Positions 41,509 through 54,700 of a stretch of 64,000 bases of DNA are shown piece after piece. The stretch lies in assembly GCF_001594005.1 (NCBI RefSeq), contig NZ_LTBA01000009.1, positions 1-64,000 on the forward strand, in the 5' to 3' direction. Source of the DNA: Clostridium tepidiprofundi DSM 19306 (GTDB taxonomy: Bacteria; Bacillota; Clostridia; Clostridiales; Clostridiaceae). The position numbers were made by a program, and so were the translations under genes. Every line of letters begins with the position of its first letter. Within the stretch, counting starts at the first letter, position 1. Below the pieces are notes generated by a model that worked only from the letters and a program-made list of their open reading frames with translations, ran no database searches and was not told where the DNA came from.

Positions 41509-42444
41509 ATGTTTAAGTCGGAAATGTGTGAATTATTAAATATAGAGTATCCAATAATTCAGGGTGCAATGGCATGGATTGCTGACAGCAGTCTTGCATC
41601 AGCAGTTTCAAATGCAGGAGGATTAGGTATTATTGCTGCGGGTACAGCACCGGTTGATATGGTACGAGAAGAGATAATTAAGGCTAAACAATTGACAGAT
41701 AAACCTTTTGGAGTAAATATAATGCTTTTGAGTGAAAATGCAGATGAGGTTGCAAAATTGGTTTGCGAACTCGGAGTAAAGGTTGTTACGACTGGTGCAG
41801 GAAATCCAGGTAAATATATTGATATGTGGAAAGAGCATGATATTAAGGTTATTCCTGTTGTTGCGTCTGTTGCACTTGCAAAAAGAATGGAAAGAGCTGG
41901 AGTTGATGCTATTGTTGCTGAAGGATGTGAATCTGGAGGTCACGTTGGAGAACTTACTACAATGGCTTTAGTTCCTCAAGTAGTTGATGCTGTCAATATT
42001 CCAGTTATAGCTGCTGGAGGGGTTGGAGATGGTAGAGGTATTTCGGCTGCATTTATGCTAGGTGCAAGTGGAGTACAGGTTGGTACTAGATTTTTAGTTG
42101 CAGAGGAATGTACAGTACATGATAAATACAAGGAAAAAATTATAAAAGCTAAGGATATAGATACTATAGTTACAGGAAGACCTACGGGACATCCAGTTAG
42201 AGTTATTAGAAATAAGCTTACAAGAAGGATGCAAAAATTAGAAAAAGAAGGCTTTTCATTGGAAAAATTTAATGAATTGGGTACAGGTGCATTAAGAAGA
42301 GCAGTAAAAGATGGAGATATAGATATGGGGTCAGTAATGGCGGGACAAATCGCTGGACTTGTGAATAAAAAACAGACATGCAAAGAAATTATTGAACAAA
42401 TGTTTAAAGAGGCATATGAAAATATAGAGAAATTTAAAAAATGA
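41509..42444 (+). CDS. fabK: enoyl-ACP reductase II (NMO-family FMN enzyme)
   Basis: PIIQGAMAWI ... GGLGII ... AAGGVGDGRG blocks. Confidence 0.85.
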   Translation: MFKSEMCELLNIEYPIIQGAMAWIADSSLASAVSNAGGLGIIAAGTAPVDMVREEIIKAKQLTDKPFGVNIMLLSENADEVAKLVCELGVKVVTTGAGNPGKYIDMWKEHDIKVIPVVASVALAKRMERAGVDAIVAEGCESGGHVGELTTMALVPQVVDAVNIPVIAAGGVGDGRGISAAFMLGASGVQVGTRFLVAEECTVHDKYKEKIIKAKDIDTIVTGRPTGHPVRVIRNKLTRRMQKLEKEGFSLEKFNELGTGALRRAVKDGDIDMGSVMAGQIAGLVNKKQTCKEIIEQMFKEAYENIEKFKK

Positions 42445-42464
42445 TTGGAATGGAGTTGAATACT

Positions 42465-43406
42465 ATGGGGAAAATAGCATTTATTTTTTCCGGACAGGGT
42501 GCTCAATATGTAGGCATGGGAAAAGAACTTTATGATAATATAGATAGTTCAAAGGAAGTATTTGATATTGCAGATAGAGAACTTAATATGCCAATAAGCA
42601 ATTTATGCTTTGAAGGCAGCGAAGAAGAACTTAATTTGACTGAAAATACTCAACCAGCTATTCTTACAACAAGTATAGCTGCACTCAAAGCGATTGAAGA
42701 ACGCGGAATTAAGTGTGATATTACAGCAGGTTTAAGCCTTGGAGAATATTCTGCTTTAGTATGCAGTGGAGCATTAACATTTAGTGATGCAGTAAAGCTT
42801 GTTAAAAAAAGAGGTAAATTTATGCAAGAGGCTGTACCTGAAGGGGTAGGGACAATGGCGGCTATCATTGGATTAGAAGCAGATAGTGTAGTAGAGGCAT
42901 GTAGAAGAGCAGAAATATATGGTTTTGTAAAAGTTGCAAACTTTAATTGTCCCAAACAGATTGTTATAGCAGGAGAAATAAAAGCTGTTGAGAATGCTTG
43001 TGAAATAGCTAAAGAACTAGGTGCAAAAAGAGCTATAATGTTAAATTTAAGTGCACCATTCCATACAGAAATGTTAAAACCAGCAGCTGAAAAACTTGAG
43101 AACGAACTAAAATATATAGATATTAGTGATTTAAATATACCTGTTATGACAAATGTTACAGGTACTTATATAGAAAATAAGAATGATATCAAAGAAATTT
43201 TAAAGAAACAGGTTATGAGTGCTGTACTTTGGGAAAAAATAATAAGAAACATGGTTAATGATGGAGTTGATACATTTATCGAAATAGGTCCAGGAAAAGT
43301 ATTGAGCGGATTTGTTAAAAAAGTTGATAGAAAGCTTACTGTATTTAATGTTGAAGATATTAAATCTTTAGAAAAGACAGTAGAAGGGCTGAAAGGTAGA
43401 GAATAA
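42465..43406 (+). CDS. fabD: malonyl-CoA:ACP transacylase
   Basis: FSGQGAQ and active-site GLSLGEYSAL; start at MGKIAF after the ggag RBS. Confidence 0.9.
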   Translation: MGKIAFIFSGQGAQYVGMGKELYDNIDSSKEVFDIADRELNMPISNLCFEGSEEELNLTENTQPAILTTSIAALKAIEERGIKCDITAGLSLGEYSALVCSGALTFSDAVKLVKKRGKFMQEAVPEGVGTMAAIIGLEADSVVEACRRAEIYGFVKVANFNCPKQIVIAGEIKAVENACEIAKELGAKRAIMLNLSAPFHTEMLKPAAEKLENELKYIDISDLNIPVMTNVTGTYIENKNDIKEILKKQVMSAVLWEKIIRNMVNDGVDTFIEIGPGKVLSGFVKKVDRKLTVFNVEDIKSLEKTVEGLKGRE

Positions 43407-43420
43407 AGGAGTGTGAAATT

Positions 43421-44161
43421 GTGTTTAAGGATAAAGTAGTGATTGTCACAGGTGCCAGTAGAGGTATAGGAAGAGCGATAGCATTAAAATTTGCCAAACT
43501 TGGAGCAAACATAGTAGTTAATTATAGAAATAGTGTTGAAGCAGTAGAAAAGGTCAAAACTGAAATAGAAGAATTGGGTGGTAAGGCATTAATTGTTCAA
43601 GGAGATGTTTCTAATTTTGAAGATGCTAAATTTATAATTGATAGAGCAGTAGAGGAATTTGGGAAAATAGATATACTCGTAAATAATGCAGGTATAACTA
43701 AAGATGGATTGCTTTTAAGGATGAAAGAAGATGATTTTGATAAGGTGATTAATGTAAATTTAAAAGGTGCATTTAATTGTATAAGACACGTTACACCAAT
43801 AATGATGAAACAGAGAAATGGTAAAATAATTAATATTTCTTCTGTTATAGGTATTTGTGGAAATGCGGGTCAAGTGAATTATTCTGCGGCAAAGGCGGGA
43901 ATAATAGGAATGACAAAGTCAACAGCAAAGGAACTTGCTTCAAGGGGAATTACAGTAAACGCAATAGCACCTGGATATATAGTAACAGATATGACTGAAG
44001 TTCTACCTGAAAAAGTAAAAAAGAATATGGAATCAATCATTCCTTTAAAAAGGCTAGGCAAGCCTGAAGATGTAGCAAATTTAGCAGCATTTTTAGCATC
44101 TGATGATGCAGCATATATAACAGGTCAAGTTATCAATGTAGATGGTGGAATGGTAATGTAG
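43421..44161 (+). CDS. fabG: 3-oxoacyl-ACP reductase
   Basis: TGASRGIG, NNAG, YSAAK SDR triad; GTG start. Confidence 0.9.
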   Translation: MFKDKVVIVTGASRGIGRAIALKFAKLGANIVVNYRNSVEAVEKVKTEIEELGGKALIVQGDVSNFEDAKFIIDRAVEEFGKIDILVNNAGITKDGLLLRMKEDDFDKVINVNLKGAFNCIRHVTPIMMKQRNGKIINISSVIGICGNAGQVNYSAAKAGIIGMTKSTAKELASRGITVNAIAPGYIVTDMTEVLPEKVKKNMESIIPLKRLGKPEDVANLAAFLASDDAAYITGQVINVDGGMVM

Positions 44162-44294
44162 GTAAGGCATATTGAAAAATAACTATTCAGTAGTGTATTT
44201 AATTTGTTATTTTTTTAAATGATTTATAGATAGTGAGAATTTTGCAAAATTGATAAACATGATAAATATAACATAGAATAGAAGGGGAATTTTT

Positions 44295-45536
44295 ATGAGT
44301 AATAGAGTTGTGATAACAGGAATAGGAGTAGTTTCTCCTATAGGTAACAATATAGAAGAATTTTGGAATGGAATAAGAGAAGGGAAATGTGGTATAGATA
44401 ATATATCAGCATTTGATGCTTCAAATTTTAAGGTGAAAGTAGCTGGAGAAGTTAAAGATTTTAATCCAGAGGTTGCGCTTGATAAGAGGGAAGCAAGGAG
44501 AATGGATAGATACTGTCAGCTTGCTATGGTTGCGGCTAAAGAGGCAGTTGAGGATTCTAAATTAGATATTGATAGTGTCAACAAGGAAAGATTTGGAGTA
44601 ATTATTGGTTCAGGAATCGGTGGATTAAGCACTATGGAAAAGGAGCATGAAAAGCTTTTAAATAAGGGGCCGAATAGAGTTTCGCCTTTTATGATACCTA
44701 TGCTTATTGGTAATATGGCTTCAGGAAATGTAGCTATTAAGTATGGTGCAAAGGGAATTTGTACAGCTGTTGTTACTGCATGTGCGACAGGAACAAATGC
44801 AGTAGGAGATGCATATAGAGCAATTAAATATGGTTTAGCTGACATCATGATAACAGGGGGAGCGGAAGCAGCTGTAACACCATTAGCTGTTGCAGGATTT
44901 ACGAGCCTTACTGCATTGAGCAAAAGTGAAGATCCAAAGAGAGCATCCATACCTTTTGATAAAGATAGAGATGGCTTTGTTATGGGTGAGGGTGCAGGAA
45001 TACTCATTTTAGAATCATTAGACAATGCACTAGCTAGAGGAGCTAAAATATATGCAGAAATTATTGGCTATGGTGAAACTTGTGATGCTCACCATATAAC
45101 TGCACCTGCACCAGGTGGTGAAGGTGGTGCAAGAGCTATGAAATTGGCTATTCAAGAGGGTGGCATACAACCAGAAGATGTATCATATATTAATGCACAT
45201 GGAACAAGTACGTATTACAACGATAAATATGAAACAGAAGCAATTAAGACAGTTCTTGGTAAGCATGCTTATGAAATACCTGTGAATTCTACTAAATCAA
45301 TGACAGGACATCTTCTTGGTGCAACTGGGGCAGTAGAAGCTATAGTGTGTGCAAAATCATTACAGGAAGGATTTGTTCATGCAACAGTTGGATTAAGGGA
45401 ACCAGATGAGGGTTGTGATTTGGATTATGTAATGAATGAAGGTAGAGATGTTGATATTAAATATGCATTATCAAATTCTCTTGGATTTGGAGGTCATAAT
45501 GCAACATTATTATTTAGAAAGTGGGAAGGTAAATAA
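44295..45536 (+). CDS. fabF: 3-oxoacyl-ACP synthase II
   Basis: KAS I/II active-site C (ACATG), [13 protein letters not shown]. Confidence 0.9.
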   Translation: MSNRVVITGIGVVSPIGNNIEEFWNGIREGKCGIDNISAFDASNFKVKVAGEVKDFNPEVALDKREARRMDRYCQLAMVAAKEAVEDSKLDIDSVNKERFGVIIGSGIGGLSTMEKEHEKLLNKGPNRVSPFMIPMLIGNMASGNVAIKYGAKGICTAVVTACATGTNAVGDAYRAIKYGLADIMITGGAEAAVTPLAVAGFTSLTALSKSEDPKRASIPFDKDRDGFVMGEGAGILILESLDNALARGAKIYAEIIGYGETCDAHHITAPAPGGEGGARAMKLAIQEGGIQPEDVSYINAHGTSTYYNDKYETEAIKTVLGKHAYEIPVNSTKSMTGHLLGATGAVEAIVCAKSLQEGFVHATVGLREPDEGCDLDYVMNEGRDVDIKYALSNSLGFGGHNATLLFRKWEGK

Positions 45537-45538
45537 TT

Positions 45539-46012
45539 ATGGATTATAAGGCTATTCAGGAATTAATAAAAACATTGAGTCAATCTAATGTTACAACACT
45601 TGAAATAGAATCAGATGGTGTTCGTATTAAGATGTGCAAAGATGAGAACAAGAGAAAAAGCAATAATGAAGTTGAATTTATTAAACAAGATGAAAAAATT
45701 GAGAATGTGAGCGATGATGCATCAACAAGTATACCAAAGGAAAATGAAATAGTTGTTGATGATAAGAATATTGAAATAGTTAAATCACCAATTGTAGGAA
45801 CTTTTTATGAATCATCTGCACCAGGGAAAGAGCCATTTGTGAAAGTGGGTTCTAAAGTTAATGTGGGAGATACTCTTTGCATAATTGAAGCTATGAAGCT
45901 CATGAATGAAATCACAAGTGAAGTAAATGGTGAAATTGTTGAAATACTAGTTGAAAATGAAGATATGGTTGAGTATGGTCAGCCGATATTTAAGATAAAC
46001 ACAAAGAGCTAG
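45539..46012 (+). CDS. accB: biotin carboxyl carrier protein
   Basis: EAMKLMNEI biotinylation motif. Confidence 0.9.
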   Translation: MDYKAIQELIKTLSQSNVTTLEIESDGVRIKMCKDENKRKSNNEVEFIKQDEKIENVSDDASTSIPKENEIVVDDKNIEIVKSPIVGTFYESSAPGKEPFVKVGSKVNVGDTLCIIEAMKLMNEITSEVNGEIVEILVENEDMVEYGQPIFKINTKS

Positions 46013-46068
46013 CAACTGGTATTCTTGTATTGCTATCCAACAAAAAAAGATTAGATAGGAGTAGATAT

Positions 46069-46521
46069 ATGAATAATGGTGTTGAAAAAATAAGTTTAGA
46101 TATTAAAGAAATTATGGAAATAATTCCTCATAGATACCCTTTTTTGTTTGTTGATAGGATTGAAGAATTGGAACCAGGTAAAAGGGCAGTAGGATATAAA
46201 AATATAACAATGAATGAATATTTTTTTCAAGGACATTTTCCAGATGAGCCTGTAGTTCCTGGAGTAATAATGATAGAGGCGTTAGCACAAGTTGGTGCAG
46301 TTGCATTACTTAGTATGGAAGAATTTAAAGGTAGAATTGCTTACTTTGGAGGAATTAATAAGGCAAAGTTTAGGAGAAAGGTTGTACCAGGGGATACTAT
46401 AAGAATGGAAGTTGAAATAATAAAAATGAAAGGTCCAGCTGGTATAGGAAAAGCAATTGCAACAGTTAATGGAGAAAAAGCGGTATCTGCTGAATTAATG
46501 TTTGCGGTAGGAAAAGAATAA
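46069..46521 (+). CDS. fabZ: 3-hydroxyacyl-ACP dehydratase
   Basis: [11 protein letters not shown] ... FFQGHFP hotdog motifs; start at MNNGVEK after ataggag. Confidence 0.9.
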   Translation: MNNGVEKISLDIKEIMEIIPHRYPFLFVDRIEELEPGKRAVGYKNITMNEYFFQGHFPDEPVVPGVIMIEALAQVGAVALLSMEEFKGRIAYFGGINKAKFRRKVVPGDTIRMEVEIIKMKGPAGIGKAIATVNGEKAVSAELMFAVGKE

Positions 46522-46586
46522 TTTGATGGGAGGGAGTCAAATTGTGGCAAGTAGAGTGTTTAAGCTGCAATTTGACGATATAGTAT

Positions 46587-47930
46587 ATGTTCAAGAAGAT
46601 ATTAATTGCTAATAGGGGTGAAATTGCAGTTAGAATAATAAGAGCATGTCGTGAAATGGGAATTCAAACTGTAGCAGTTTACTCAGAAGCAGATAGGGAC
46701 GCTATACATACTGACCTTGCAGATGAGGCTGTGTGTATTGGTTCACCAAAACCTAAGGATAGCTATCTTAATGAAAAGAATATAATAAGTGCAGCTGTGC
46801 TTACGGGTGCAGAAGCAATTCACCCTGGATTTGGTTTTTTATCAGAGAACAGTAAATTTGCAGAGATGTGTAAGGAGTGCAATATTGTTTTTATAGGTCC
46901 TGATGCTGAAGTAATTGATAAAATGGGTAATAAATCAAATGCTAGAAAAATAATGGCTAATGCAGGTGTTCCTATTATTAGAGGGTCAGAAGGTGTTGTT
47001 AAGGATGAAATTGATGGACTTAAAATTGCAGATGATATTGGATATCCTGTTATGATAAAAGCATCAGCAGGTGGTGGAGGAAGAGGAATCAGAATTGTTA
47101 GAAATAGAGAAGATTTTATAAATGAGTTTAGAACTGCAAAATCAGAAGCAAAGATTGCTTTTGGTGATGATGATATGTATATAGAAAAATTTATTGAAAA
47201 TCCTAGACACGTAGAATTTCAAATACTTGCGGATAATTATGGAAATACTGTGTACTTAGGAGAGAGAGATTGTTCTATACAGAGAAGAAATCAGAAAATA
47301 CTTGAAGAAGCTCCATGCCCTATTATGACAGAGGAATTAAGAAGAAATATGGGAAATGCGGCTGTTAGGGCAGCAAGAGCAGTAAACTATAAAAATGCTG
47401 GTACAATAGAGTTTCTGTTGGATAAAGATTTTAATTTCTATTTTATGGAAATGAATACTAGAATACAAGTAGAACATCCTATTACTGAAATGGTTACAGG
47501 TATTGATTTAGTAAAGGAGCAGATAAAAATAGCAAGTGGAGAAAAGTTAGAAATATCACAAGATGATATAAAAATACAAGGCCATGCAATTGAATGTAGA
47601 ATTAATGCAGAAGATCCTGCTAGAGGCTTTATGCCATCACCGGGAACTATAGAACTTGTGCATATGCCAGGAGGATTGGGTGTAAGATTGGATGGTGCAA
47701 TTTATCAGGGATATAAGATTCCACCAAATTATGATTCTATGCTTGCAAAATTGATTGTATATGGCAAAACACGTAATGAAGCTATTAATAGAATGAGAAG
47801 AGCATTGGGTGAGTTTATCGTTGAAGGTGTAAAAACTAATATTGAGTTTCACTACAATATTTTAAATAATGATAAATTTCTAAGTTCTGATATTGATACA
47901 GGGTTCATCAATAAAGAATTTGGACTATAA
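46587..47930 (+). CDS. accC: biotin carboxylase
   Basis: [15 protein letters not shown]-terminus and ATP-grasp blocks. Confidence 0.95.
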   Translation: MFKKILIANRGEIAVRIIRACREMGIQTVAVYSEADRDAIHTDLADEAVCIGSPKPKDSYLNEKNIISAAVLTGAEAIHPGFGFLSENSKFAEMCKECNIVFIGPDAEVIDKMGNKSNARKIMANAGVPIIRGSEGVVKDEIDGLKIADDIGYPVMIKASAGGGGRGIRIVRNREDFINEFRTAKSEAKIAFGDDDMYIEKFIENPRHVEFQILADNYGNTVYLGERDCSIQRRNQKILEEAPCPIMTEELRRNMGNAAVRAARAVNYKNAGTIEFLLDKDFNFYFMEMNTRIQVEHPITEMVTGIDLVKEQIKIASGEKLEISQDDIKIQGHAIECRINAEDPARGFMPSPGTIELVHMPGGLGVRLDGAIYQGYKIPPNYDSMLAKLIVYGKTRNEAINRMRRALGEFIVEGVKTNIEFHYNILNNDKFLSSDIDTGFINKEFGL

Positions 47931-47945
47931 TAGAGGTGATATACC

Positions 47946-48809
47946 GTGAAGTTGTCTAATATTTTTAAAAAGAATAGATATATAACTGTTAATAGGAATA
48001 ATGCACCTGAAATAAACGAATTAAGTAAACCTAATATACCAAGTGGAATGTGGATAAAGTGTGATAGATGTAAAAAGATATTTTATAGAAAAGATATAGA
48101 AAATAATATGATGACATGTAAGGAATGCAATAAGCATTTTAGAATAGGTGCATGGGAAAGAATAAAAATTACTGTTGATGAAGGAAGTTTTGAAGAATTT
48201 GATAAATATATGACTTCAACTAATCCATTGGATTATCCAGGATATGATGAGAAGGTAAATAAGTTAAAGAATAAAACTAAGTTAAATGAAGCTGTTATTA
48301 CAGGAAAAGGTAAGATAAAGGGAAATGATGTTATTATTGCTGTTATGGATCCTTCATTTATGATGGGAAGTATGGGTTCAGTAGTGGGTGAAAAGATAAC
48401 AAGAGCTGTTGAAAAAGCGACAGAAGAAAAATTACCCATAGTGATTTTTACTGCTTCTGGTGGAGCAAGAATGCAGGAGGGAATGTTCTCTCTTATGCAG
48501 ATGGCAAAGGTGAGTGCAGCTATTTCAAGGCATGATAAAGCTGGATTGTTATATATTACAGTACTTACAGACCCGACAACTGGAGGGGTTACTGCTAGTT
48601 TTGCTATGTTAGGTGATATAATTATTTCAGAGCCAGGTGCACTTATAGGATTTGCAGGCAAGAGAGTAATACAGCAGACTATTAAACAGGAACTTCCAAA
48701 AGAGTTTCAAAGTGCAGAATTTTTGCTTAAAAAAGGATTTATAGACAAGATAGTTGACAGAAAAGATATGAAGAATGTTTTAGCTATTTTATTAAGTCTG
48801 CATAAATAG
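47946..48809 (+). CDS. accD: acetyl-CoA carboxylase carboxyltransferase beta subunit
   Basis: N-terminal C4 zinc finger CDRC ... CKEC plus the CT domain; GTG start. Confidence 0.9.
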   Translation: MKLSNIFKKNRYITVNRNNAPEINELSKPNIPSGMWIKCDRCKKIFYRKDIENNMMTCKECNKHFRIGAWERIKITVDEGSFEEFDKYMTSTNPLDYPGYDEKVNKLKNKTKLNEAVITGKGKIKGNDVIIAVMDPSFMMGSMGSVVGEKITRAVEKATEEKLPIVIFTASGGARMQEGMFSLMQMAKVSAAISRHDKAGLLYITVLTDPTTGGVTASFAMLGDIIISEPGALIGFAGKRVIQQTIKQELPKEFQSAEFLLKKGFIDKIVDRKDMKNVLAILLSLHK

Positions 48810-48820
48810 GAGTGAAAGAT

Positions 48821-49771
48821 ATGGTTGCTTTGGATTTTGAGAAAAATCTTGAAAATTTAAAAGAAAAGATAGAAGAATTGAAGAAAATTTCAATTGAACA
48901 GAATATTGATTTATCTGATGAAATTAAAAAACTAGAGATTAAGCTTAACGATATGGAAAAAGAAGCATATAAGAATTTAAGTGCATGGGATAAAGTCAAA
49001 ATATCAAGGTTACTAGAGAGGCCAACTGCACTTGATTATATAAAAAGAATATTTGATTCTTTCATTGAACTTCATGGTGATAGAAGCTATGCTGATGATA
49101 CTTCTATTTTGTGTGGAATAGGGAGTTTTAAAGGTATACCAGTTACAATAGTTGCACAACAAAAAGGAAGAGATACTAATGAAAATATAAAAAGAAATTT
49201 TGGCATGCCTCATCCTGAAGGATATAGGAAAGCTTTAAGAATGATGAAACAAGCAGAAAAATTTAAAAGACCTATTATATGTTTTGTAGATACTCCAGGT
49301 GCTTTCCCGGGTATTGGTGCAGAAGAAAGAGGACAGGGTGAAGCGATTGCTAGAAATCTTATGGAAATGTCATCTTTGAAAACACCTATCATTTCTATTG
49401 TTATTGGAGAAGGTGGTAGCGGTGGGGCACTTGCTTTGGCTGTTGGGGATGAAATATGGATGCTCGAACATTCCGTATATTCAATACTATCTCCTGAAGG
49501 ATTTGCAAGCATATTATTTAAAGATGCATCAAAAGCAGCTGAAGCAGCAGAATACATGAAAATAACTGCTCAAGATCTTTATAATTACGGTATAATAGAC
49601 AAAATAATAAAAGAACCAATTGGTGGAGCACATAAAAATCCAGATGAAATGGCTAAAAATATTAAAATAAGTTTGCAAGAAGCAATAAAGAGACTTATTA
49701 ATGAACCTATTGAATTGGTTGTAGAAAAAAGATATGAAAAATTTAGGAAAATGGGTAAAGTAGTTGAGTAA
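48821..49771 (+). CDS. accA: acetyl-CoA carboxylase carboxyltransferase alpha subunit
   Basis: GGSGGALA oxyanion-hole block; ATG at 48821 after aggagtg. Confidence 0.9.
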   Translation: MVALDFEKNLENLKEKIEELKKISIEQNIDLSDEIKKLEIKLNDMEKEAYKNLSAWDKVKISRLLERPTALDYIKRIFDSFIELHGDRSYADDTSILCGIGSFKGIPVTIVAQQKGRDTNENIKRNFGMPHPEGYRKALRMMKQAEKFKRPIICFVDTPGAFPGIGAEERGQGEAIARNLMEMSSLKTPIISIVIGEGGSGGALALAVGDEIWMLEHSVYSILSPEGFASILFKDASKAAEAAEYMKITAQDLYNYGIIDKIIKEPIGGAHKNPDEMAKNIKISLQEAIKRLINEPIELVVEKRYEKFRKMGKVVE

Positions 49772-49781
49772 GTTAAAAAAA

Positions 49782-49820
49782 AGACATACAGTGAGAGAGA
49801 TCCATTATTACTGTATGTCT
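49782..49820. terminator. bidirectional terminator agacatacagt / actgtatgtct between accA and the convergent SASP gene
   Basis: Perfect 11-bp stem with a flanking A-run and T-rich 3' side. Confidence 0.7.
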
Positions 49821-49969
49821 AAAAATTTATGGAACTATATCTATTTATATATATTCTATATTTTATAGATATATCCTTTATTTTGTTAAAAAAATATAAA
49901 AAAAAATTAGAATTATATACCATATATAGGGTATATAGAAGAAAATTTATACAATATGTTATGCAAATA

Positions 49970-50206
49970 CTATTTTTTATTTGCCATCTTTTTTTCTACT
50001 GAAGCTATCATTTCTTTGACCATTTGGCCACCTAAATTTCCGGCTCCTGCCATTTTACCAACTATTTTTGACGGAATATTTCCTTTGTATTCTTTATTTT
50101 TTGAGTATTCCTTTGTTTGACTTTCCATATTTAGTTCGCGAGCTACCTCCATTTTAAATTTATTTAGTTTTTCTTTTGCCTCGGGTACTACAGGTTTGTT
50201 AGACAT
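49970..50206 (-). CDS. sspA: alpha/beta-type small acid-soluble spore protein
   Basis: PVVPEAKEKLNKFKMEVARELNM and GGQMVKEMI match the two conserved SASP helices. Confidence 0.85.
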   Translation of the reverse strand: MSNKPVVPEAKEKLNKFKMEVARELNMESQTKEYSKNKEYKGNIPSKIVGKMAGAGNLGGQMVKEMIASVEKKMANKK

Positions 50207-50554
50207 AAAAATTCTCCTTTCTTAAATAATCTATATATTTATTTTTTACATAAAATAAAATAGAATACGGATAAATTCTTGTTAGAATAAAATGAATAAT
50301 ATTCAAGACCTATAATATTGTTGTATTAAGTGATATAATACTTGGTATAAAGTAAAAGTAAGAGTAAAAGTAAATATGTTTAATTATGTAATGAATAAAT
50401 ATTATGATAGTTATTTTGATTAATTCAGTATCACAAATTGATGTGCTAAGTTATTTGTGAACTATTGTAATGATATTGCATATTAAAGCAATATATATTT
50501 AATATGGAGGTGAATATTAGCTTAAATATCTATGGTGGTATTGTTAAGCTAGAA

Positions 50555-51421
50555 ATGATGAAGAAATTATCTAGAAATGATTTATGTTGGTGTGGTAGTG
50601 GAAAAAAATATAAAAAATGTCATATGGAACAGGATGAATATTTAAGGAAATTAGGAAATGAATTAGGTTTCAAAATTCCGAGAGATATAATAAAAACAAA
50701 AGAACAGATTGAGGGTATTAGAAAAAGTGGGGAAGTGACAAAAGGAGCATTAGATTTAGTAGGTGAAAGAATAAAAGCTGGTGTTACTACGGATGAAATA
50801 AATACATGGGTACATGAATTTACCATTGAACATGGTGCGTATCCAGCACCATTAGGATATGGAGGATTTCCTAAGAGTGTATGTACATCAATAAATAATG
50901 TTGTTTGTCATGGTATTCCTGATGATACCGTATTAAAAGAAGGAGATATAATAAATGTTGATGTAACGTCAATATTAGATGGTTACTATGCAGATGCAAG
51001 CAGAATGTATATTATTGGAGAGGCTTCAGAAGAGGCTATTAATCTTGTTAATGATACGAAAATAGCAATGGAGAAGGGTATTGAGCAGGTTAAGCCCTTC
51101 AATACGGTAGGAGATATTGGATATGCAATTCAAAGCTTTGCTGAATTCAAGGGATATTCCGTTGTATATGAGTATGGAGGACATGGAGTAGGAGTAAAAT
51201 TTCATGAAGAACCTTTTGTGGCACATGTAGGAAAAAGAGGAGAAGGAATGGTGTTGTTGCCAGGAATGGTGTTTACAATAGAACCAATGATAAATATTGG
51301 TAGACCAGAAACTAAGGTTCTTGAAGATGATTGGACTGCTGTAACAATTGATGGAAGTTTGTCTGCACAATGGGAACACACGATTTTAGTTACTGAAAAC
51401 GGATATGATATATTAACTTAA
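50555..51421 (+). CDS. map: type I methionine aminopeptidase with N-terminal SEC-C zinc finger
   Basis: CWCGSGKKYKKCH, then the pita-bread metal ligands (D...D...H...E...E); start ambiguous (50504, 50555 or 50558). Confidence 0.85.
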   Translation: MMKKLSRNDLCWCGSGKKYKKCHMEQDEYLRKLGNELGFKIPRDIIKTKEQIEGIRKSGEVTKGALDLVGERIKAGVTTDEINTWVHEFTIEHGAYPAPLGYGGFPKSVCTSINNVVCHGIPDDTVLKEGDIINVDVTSILDGYYADASRMYIIGEASEEAINLVNDTKIAMEKGIEQVKPFNTVGDIGYAIQSFAEFKGYSVVYEYGGHGVGVKFHEEPFVAHVGKRGEGMVLLPGMVFTIEPMINIGRPETKVLEDDWTAVTIDGSLSAQWEHTILVTENGYDILT

Positions 51422-51427
51422 TGAGTG

Positions 51428-51458
51428 CAAAAAATGTCCTTAGGGGCATTTTTTTTAT
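51428..51458 (+). terminator. terminator aaaaaugucc / gggcauuuuuuu
   Basis: Hairpin plus T8 right after the map stop. Confidence 0.6.
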
Positions 51459-51460
51459 CC

Positions 51461-51574
51461 AGTAAATTCGTTTTGCTAAAGCAAAATATCGAGACTTCAG
51501 GTGGAGACTCTACTCCACCTGAAGCAAAAGCTTCAAACTTCCACTTATAGAAGTGGGAGTTTTGTAAAATCGAT
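51461..51574 (-). repeat. structured intergenic repeat, copy D (orientation 2)
   Basis: Reverse complement aligns along its full length with copies A and B; perfect hairpin cttcaggtgga / tccacctgaag. Confidence 0.85.
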
Positions 51575-51690
51575 AAATTTGTTATGTTATTTATATAATA
51601 ATTATGTAAAATAAAGAATATTTTACATTGAAATTAACCCTCAAAATATACAATATTTAAATTTTATCACTATATTTTACACAAAAAATT

Positions 51691-51699
51691 TGGTATAAT
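51691..51699 (+). promoter_or_regulatory. extended -10 promoter TGgTATAAT for the giant gene
   Basis: About 85 nt upstream of the GTG start. Confidence 0.45.
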
Positions 51700-51784
51700 T
51701 AAAACGAGTATGAATAAATTATATTTTTTAAAATCATGTGTATTGAGGTAATTTAAAATAATATTAAATTTTGGAAGTGATATA

Positions 51785-54700
51785 GTGAAGATTATTAATA
51801 ATAGATATAGAATAATAAGAAAATTATCTCATAGTAAAGTCAAATCATCTTTTCTTGTATCAGATGTACTAAAAAATAGCAAAAGGGTAAAAATTGATAT
51901 TTTAAATTCTGAATACATTCCAGAAAAATTAATAAATTTTTATGTGGAGTCTTTTATTAAGTTGAGCAATATAATTAGTTCTAATATAATTAGAGTATAT
52001 GATTTTGGATTAGTAAAATTCATTGACAGCAAAGCACTAGAGAAGAAACAATATTTTTATACTTCTGAATATTTTGAAAAAAGCGAAAAACTTATAGACG
52101 TTGTAAATATAGAGGATAATGAGAATATTTTAGAATTTTTTGTTCAAATTTGTTATGCAATTAATTATCTTCATTTGAGAGGTATGTTTTATAATAGTAT
52201 AAATACTGACAATATATTAATTATAAAGGATAATGGTACAAAAAGAGTTATGTTAAAAGATATGGCTTCGATTGAATTGGAAAAATATTTTTATTCTCAG
52301 GGAAAAGGAAATATTAAATATTCTAGCAAATCATCGATTTTGTATAATAATATGGCTAGTAATAGTACAGATATGTATCTTTTAGGCGAATCTATGTTTT
52401 ATCTTTTATGCAAAAAAAATAATAGATTTGAAGAGACATATGCATATGATGAATTGATAGAAAAGATAGATGAGTTTGCGTTATACCATTGTGATAATGA
52501 ATTTGATTTAAATATATTAAAAATAATAAGAAATATGGTTAAAGAGCCATCAGATAGACAATTTGAAAATATTGGACAAGTTATAGAAGAAATAAACAAA
52601 ACATTTAATAAACAATATAAATATTATAAAAGGAATGAAATAGAGAGACTTACATTTAATTTTGAGTTAATAGGAAGAGAATATGAAAAATCGGAAGTAA
52701 TAAAAACGTATGATATGATAAAAAATGGTGCAATATCTAGTAGTTTTATATTTATACATGGTGAAATGGGTATAGGAAAGACTAAATTATTGAAGAATAT
52801 TGAATATACTTTAAGATTAGATGGTGCTAATATTTATTCGTCGTATGGTCTTAATATGGTAAATAAAGGTACGAATAAAGCTTTTATTGAAATTTTAAAG
52901 AAGATTATTATTGAGAGTAATAATATAAATTTGAGTAAATATGATTCAGAATTAATCAAATTTATTCCTGAATTGAGCAAAAGAAGAAATGTCATCCCAT
53001 CAAAACCGTTAGATGGAAATAAAGAAAAGCTTAGATTGATAAACAGGAGTTCTGGATTTGTAAATGAAGTAATTTGCAATAGAAAAGTTGTTTTTATAAT
53101 AGATAATTTTCATTTAGCAGATGAATTTACCATTGATTTTTTTAAATATCTATTGTTTCATGATTTGGGTAATTTTTTATTTGTTGTATCATATTGTGAT
53201 GGTGAATGTTTATTAAATAAAGAATTTATCAGATTTATGAATGAGATTTTTCAAAAATCAAATTCAAAAAGAATCTTGTTAGAGGGATTGAATATTGGTC
53301 AAACATCAAAGATGATTCAGAACATTTTAAATATGCCTAAAGAACCAATGAAATTCACGGAAAGTATTTATGCCAAAACACGTGGTAATCCGCTGTTTGT
53401 TAAGGAAATTATAAAGAATTTATTCACAAAAAAAATTATTTATATTGATAAAAAAACGGGTCAGTGGTTTACAGATTATAAAAATGAAGAGTTGCCTATA
53501 CCAATAAATATTGAGCAAGCGGTATTAGTTCAAATAAAAGAAACTGATGAGTTTTCATATAAAATTTTATCAATAATTTCCATATTCAACAAACCTGTTT
53601 CTATAAACATAATAAAAGAATTTATAGATGCAGATAAAGAAAAAATTGAAAAAACAGTTGAATGTTTAATGACTAAAGGAGTTTTATGTAAACATATTGA
53701 GGATAAAGGATTTGCATATGATTATTACAATATGATTTTAAAAAATGCAATATATAATAAGATTTGCATAGAGGATAGGAATAAAAACCATAAATTAGCT
53801 GCTGCTATACTTGAAAACCAGTATAAGGATGGTAGGGAAGAATACTTACAGGAATTGATATATCATTTAGAGCGGTCATATCAAAAACAAAAAATAATTG
53901 ACTATTGCGTAAAAAATTCTCAAAAAATGTTAAAATTTAAAAATACAAGTGATGCCTTAAAAAATTTGGAAAAAGCATTGTCAATGTATGATAAGGAGTC
54001 GGTAGAGCAAAATAAAATAGATATAGTGTATTTAATAGCTAATATATATTTTGAAAATTCAGAATATGATTTAGCAATGACATATTTCAGAAATTTGATA
54101 GATATTTCTATAAATGTAGGTAATAAAATATATCAAATTTATGCTATGAATAAAATTGCAAAAATATATATGGATAGAAATAAATTTGATATAATGAAAG
54201 ATATAATAAAAGAAGTGGAAAAATTATTACGAAATGTAAAATGTATAGAAGGATATATAGAATGGAGTTATTTACAAGCATATGTTTATTTAATCAATCA
54301 AGAATATAAAAAAGGTGAAGAATTATGTGAGAAATCTTTAAAATTATGCGGAAATAAATGTTATGAACTTAAAGGTAGACTTTATAATATTCTTGGTAAT
54401 ATTTATTTACAGAATTCTGAAACAGATAAAGCTATAATGTGTTTTAAGGCTAGTATTATAAATTTTGAAGTTGTTAAGCAAATAAAAGGAGTTATAATTG
54501 CATCGAATAACATTGGAGTAATATATGGCGATTTTTATCAAAATTTTGATGAGGCATTAAAATATTATTACAAAATACTTAAAATATGTATTGATAATAA
54601 TTTTATATTATGGGAAACTAAAGTAAAAACAAACATTGCATCAATATATTTTAATAAAACGAATTATAAAATGGTAATAGAATATTTGGAAAATGTTATT

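Noticed and set aside
50207-50300. Tried to identify a sigma-G/sigma-F forespore promoter upstream of the SASP gene
   Set aside because: A forespore promoter is expected from established biology, but I could not find a convincing GTATA / 17-18 nt / CATACTA-type match by eye. It is left uncalled.
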